Shown one piece after another: positions 40,439 through 42,075 of a DNA stretch of 42,075 nt; the stretch's first letter is position 1; each line of letters opens with the position of its first letter. The DNA is taken from contig CAZFNX010000003.1 in the NCBI GenBank assembly GCA_964520195.1, forward strand, positions 1 to 42,075, given 5' to 3'. The DNA comes from an uncultured Candidatus Saccharibacteria bacterium (GTDB taxonomy: Bacteria; Patescibacteriota; Minisyncoccia; Phycocordibacterales; CAIZLB01). The notes beneath the pieces were generated by a model, which did no database searches, was not told where the DNA came from, and saw only the letters and a program-made list of their open reading frames with translations. A program made the position numbers and the translations under genes.

Positions 40439-42075
40439 ATGTCAGCAGAATCACCAAAAGCCTCATCAAGTGAATCAATTTTCAAGATAGTGAAAGAAGA
40501 TAGATCTCCTTTTCTAGATAAAAATCTTGAACCAAGATTAAACAGACTTCTTGGCGTAAGTGAAAAAAGAGGCTCAAATATCGTCAGCAAGATAAAAGAG
40601 GATATAGATAAAGTTGTGAAAATTTTTGAATCAAAACCTCGAAACCAAGAAGAGTGTGACACTCAAGGAGTATTATATGTTGAATATGCGGCATATATTA
40701 GTAATTTTATCAACAGCATACCGAAAGCCGAAGACAGGGAAAGAATGAAAACTCTAATAGACCCCTTACTGGTAGCAATACACGATGCTATCGAAAAACT
40801 AGCAGAGCTAAATAATACTGCTGTTGAAGAGGTGTCAACACAAACACTAGAGAATCAATTTAAAGAGACACTTAACACAGCTATGAAAACTGATAGTGAA
40901 CCAGTAGAACAAGAAACAGATCAGGGAGACACAAAAAAAGGTGAGAAAATAGAGAATGCAGAAGAGGAACCTGTCCAAAAACCAACCGGAGACCAGAAAA
41001 AAAGTAAACGAGGAGCAAAAGCCACAACCGCTGGTGGATTCCAAGATCTTATTCTTAATGACGAAGGGCAAATCGCAACAAAAACCACACCACAAGAAAA
41101 GGTAGCAGACGCTGACACACAGAAAGTTGGACCGGAACAATCACTCACATTGAAAACAAAAGATAGAAGAAGTCTTGGAAAAAAAGAAGTTGATAATGTT
41201 ACCACACTAGACACCTTGGAAGCATTCCTTGTTGACAAACTATCACTTGAGGACGTACGTATTACAGAAAAGGTTGGGGATAGTTTTTTAGAACAAGCGA
41301 AAGTTATCCTAAACAAAGAGCTTGAAGAAGCAAAAGAAAATCCTTCTCACCTAAAATCTCTCCAAGAGAAAATTCTAAAACTTGAAGGAAAACTAAATGA
41401 ACTATATGTTTTCACAGGTAACAAATCAGGACCATTTACTCGTGAAGGTGATGGCATAGGAAGTGGATTGCCAGAAAATGACAACAAAGATATTAAAAGA
41501 GGTTTACTTATACGATTGTATACTGGTTTTACTTATATTTTGAAAGATATATTGGAAATACAAGAAGTGAATAAAGACAACGATAGTAAAACAGAGGAAC
41601 GACAAAATAAACAACCTGTAGAACAAAGAGAAGTTGTTAAAGAACTTCCACGAATTGACACTTTTAGAGATTTGAAAGATTTTTTATGTGGAGTTTTTTT
41701 GTCTCCTGAAGTTCGGGTTACTAAAGACAATGGAGAAAATTTTCTCCAAGAGACATACGCACTTTTGCATGCTGAGTGGCAAGATCTTGATGAAACCAAT
41801 CTTGAAGCAGTAAAAAAACTACAAACAAATATTCTTAGATTGGAGAATGATATAGATAGTGTAGTTGGTTTTCGTGATGGAGAAGGAATGGGTGCAAATA
41901 TCCCAGAAGATACAATAAACAATGGTAACAGAAAAAATAAAATCTTTTTATTAAGAAGACTTCATGTTCAGTTTGGAAAGCTTCTAAAAGCTATTCAAAA
42001 TATATTGAACGAACCTGAACCAGTAGAAGCAACACAACAAGAGAAAGCTGTACCAAAAAAAGAGGGAGGTCAGGA
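40439..42075 (+). CDS. large acidic/Lys-rich protein with an internally repeated ~120-aa domain (continues past the right edge)
   Basis: I translated 40439 to the window end without meeting a stop (545 codons). It is absent from the ORF track because it has no stop. Several long antisense shadow ORFs overlap it. A strong extended -10 promoter lies about 65 nt upstream. Confidence 0.65.
   Translation, partial: MSAESPKASSSESIFKIVKEDRSPFLDKNLEPRLNRLLGVSEKRGSNIVSKIKEDIDKVVKIFESKPRNQEECDTQGVLYVEYAAYISNFINSIPKAEDRERMKTLIDPLLVAIHDAIEKLAELNNTAVEEVSTQTLENQFKETLNTAMKTDSEPVEQETDQGDTKKGEKIENAEEEPVQKPTGDQKKSKRGAKATTAGGFQDLILNDEGQIATKTTPQEKVADADTQKVGPEQSLTLKTKDRRSLGKKEVDNVTTLDTLEAFLVDKLSLEDVRITEKVGDSFLEQAKVILNKELEEAKENPSHLKSLQEKILKLEGKLNELYVFTGNKSGPFTREGDGIGSGLPENDNKDIKRGLLIRLYTGFTYILKDILEIQEVNKDNDSKTEERQNKQPVEQREVVKELPRIDTFRDLKDFLCGVFLSPEVRVTKDNGENFLQETYALLHAEWQDLDETNLEAVKKLQTNILRLENDIDSVVGFRDGEGMGANIPEDTINNGNRKNKIFLLRRLHVQFGKLLKAIQNILNEPEPVEATQQEKAVPKKEGGQ

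Noticed and set aside
40417-41922. Four minus-strand track ORFs: 40417-40662, 40847-41140, 40921-41316 and 41533-41922.
   Set aside because: They are antisense to the uninterrupted 545-codon plus-strand frame, which has a promoter and an internal protein repeat. The antisense products are Ser/Phe/Cys-rich low-complexity sequence.
1-42075. Possibility of an alternative genetic code, such as UGA recoding as seen in some candidate phyla.
   Set aside because: Conserved proteins translate full-length under the standard code. TGA terminates ORFs at sensible ends: the MBL-domain gene at 7707-7709, the yraN-like gene at 31817-31819 and the orphan gene at 2232-2234. I found no in-frame TGA inside conserved domains.
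1-42075. CRISPR arrays, cas genes, transposases, integrases, prophage structural genes and rRNA operons.
   Set aside because: I found no regularly spaced direct repeats. No ORF carries DDE, tyrosine or serine recombinase, Cas or capsid-like motifs. The tRNA genes show no adjacent integrase or partial tRNA duplication.

Overview
This 42 kb window is low-GC (roughly 30-35 percent by eye), densely packed bacterial chromosome. I call 45 protein-coding genes and 4 tRNA genes. I see no rRNA, CRISPR array, transposase or integrase.

Content is mostly housekeeping:
- Translation and RNA: fusA (runs off the left edge), rpsG, rpsL, rpmB, rpsO, nusA, trhO, rsmE, cca.
- Protein quality control and chromatin: tig, clpP, hup.
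- DNA metabolism: recJ, rnhA, xth.
- Central and redox metabolism: pgk, tpiA, ppaC, sod.
- Type IV pilus and DNA uptake: pilB, pilC, one pilin, two pseudopilins, a 591-aa PilX-like protein, ComEC split into two genes, and a degenerate ComM-like protein.
- Cell-wall enzymes: a membrane-anchored GH3, a secreted GH24-like lysozyme, a LysM-M23 peptidase and a secreted trypsin-like protease.

Gene content, small gene size and composition suggest a small-genome Patescibacteria/CPR-like organism; this is inference only. The standard genetic code fits, since TGA, TAA and TAG all terminate conserved ORFs.

Observations most worth follow-up:
1. At 17 of 45 genes a -10 box sits 6-7 nt upstream of the ATG, and almost no gene has a Shine-Dalgarno sequence. 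This implies leaderless expression.
2. A conserved 43-nt stem-loop with compensatory base changes lies just after the stop codons of rpsG and of an RRM RNA-binding protein gene.
3. A three-gene module (NYN domain protein, membrane protein, ComM homologue lacking a Walker A motif) contains a 36-nt in-frame direct repeat near each end.
4. The rpsL-rpsG-fusA operon is interrupted by a toxin-antitoxin pair, a GH3 gene and an orphan gene.
5. A GC-rich lysozyme gene has a foreign-looking promoter and leader.
6. Trigger factor lacks its PPIase domain.
7. Three phased DnaA-box-like sites sit beside an AT-rich tract.
8. An open-ended ORF at the right edge encodes a large protein with an internal repeat.

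All family calls come from motif recognition by eye. No BLAST, HMM, tRNAscan or folding program was run. Start codons are the least certain coordinates.
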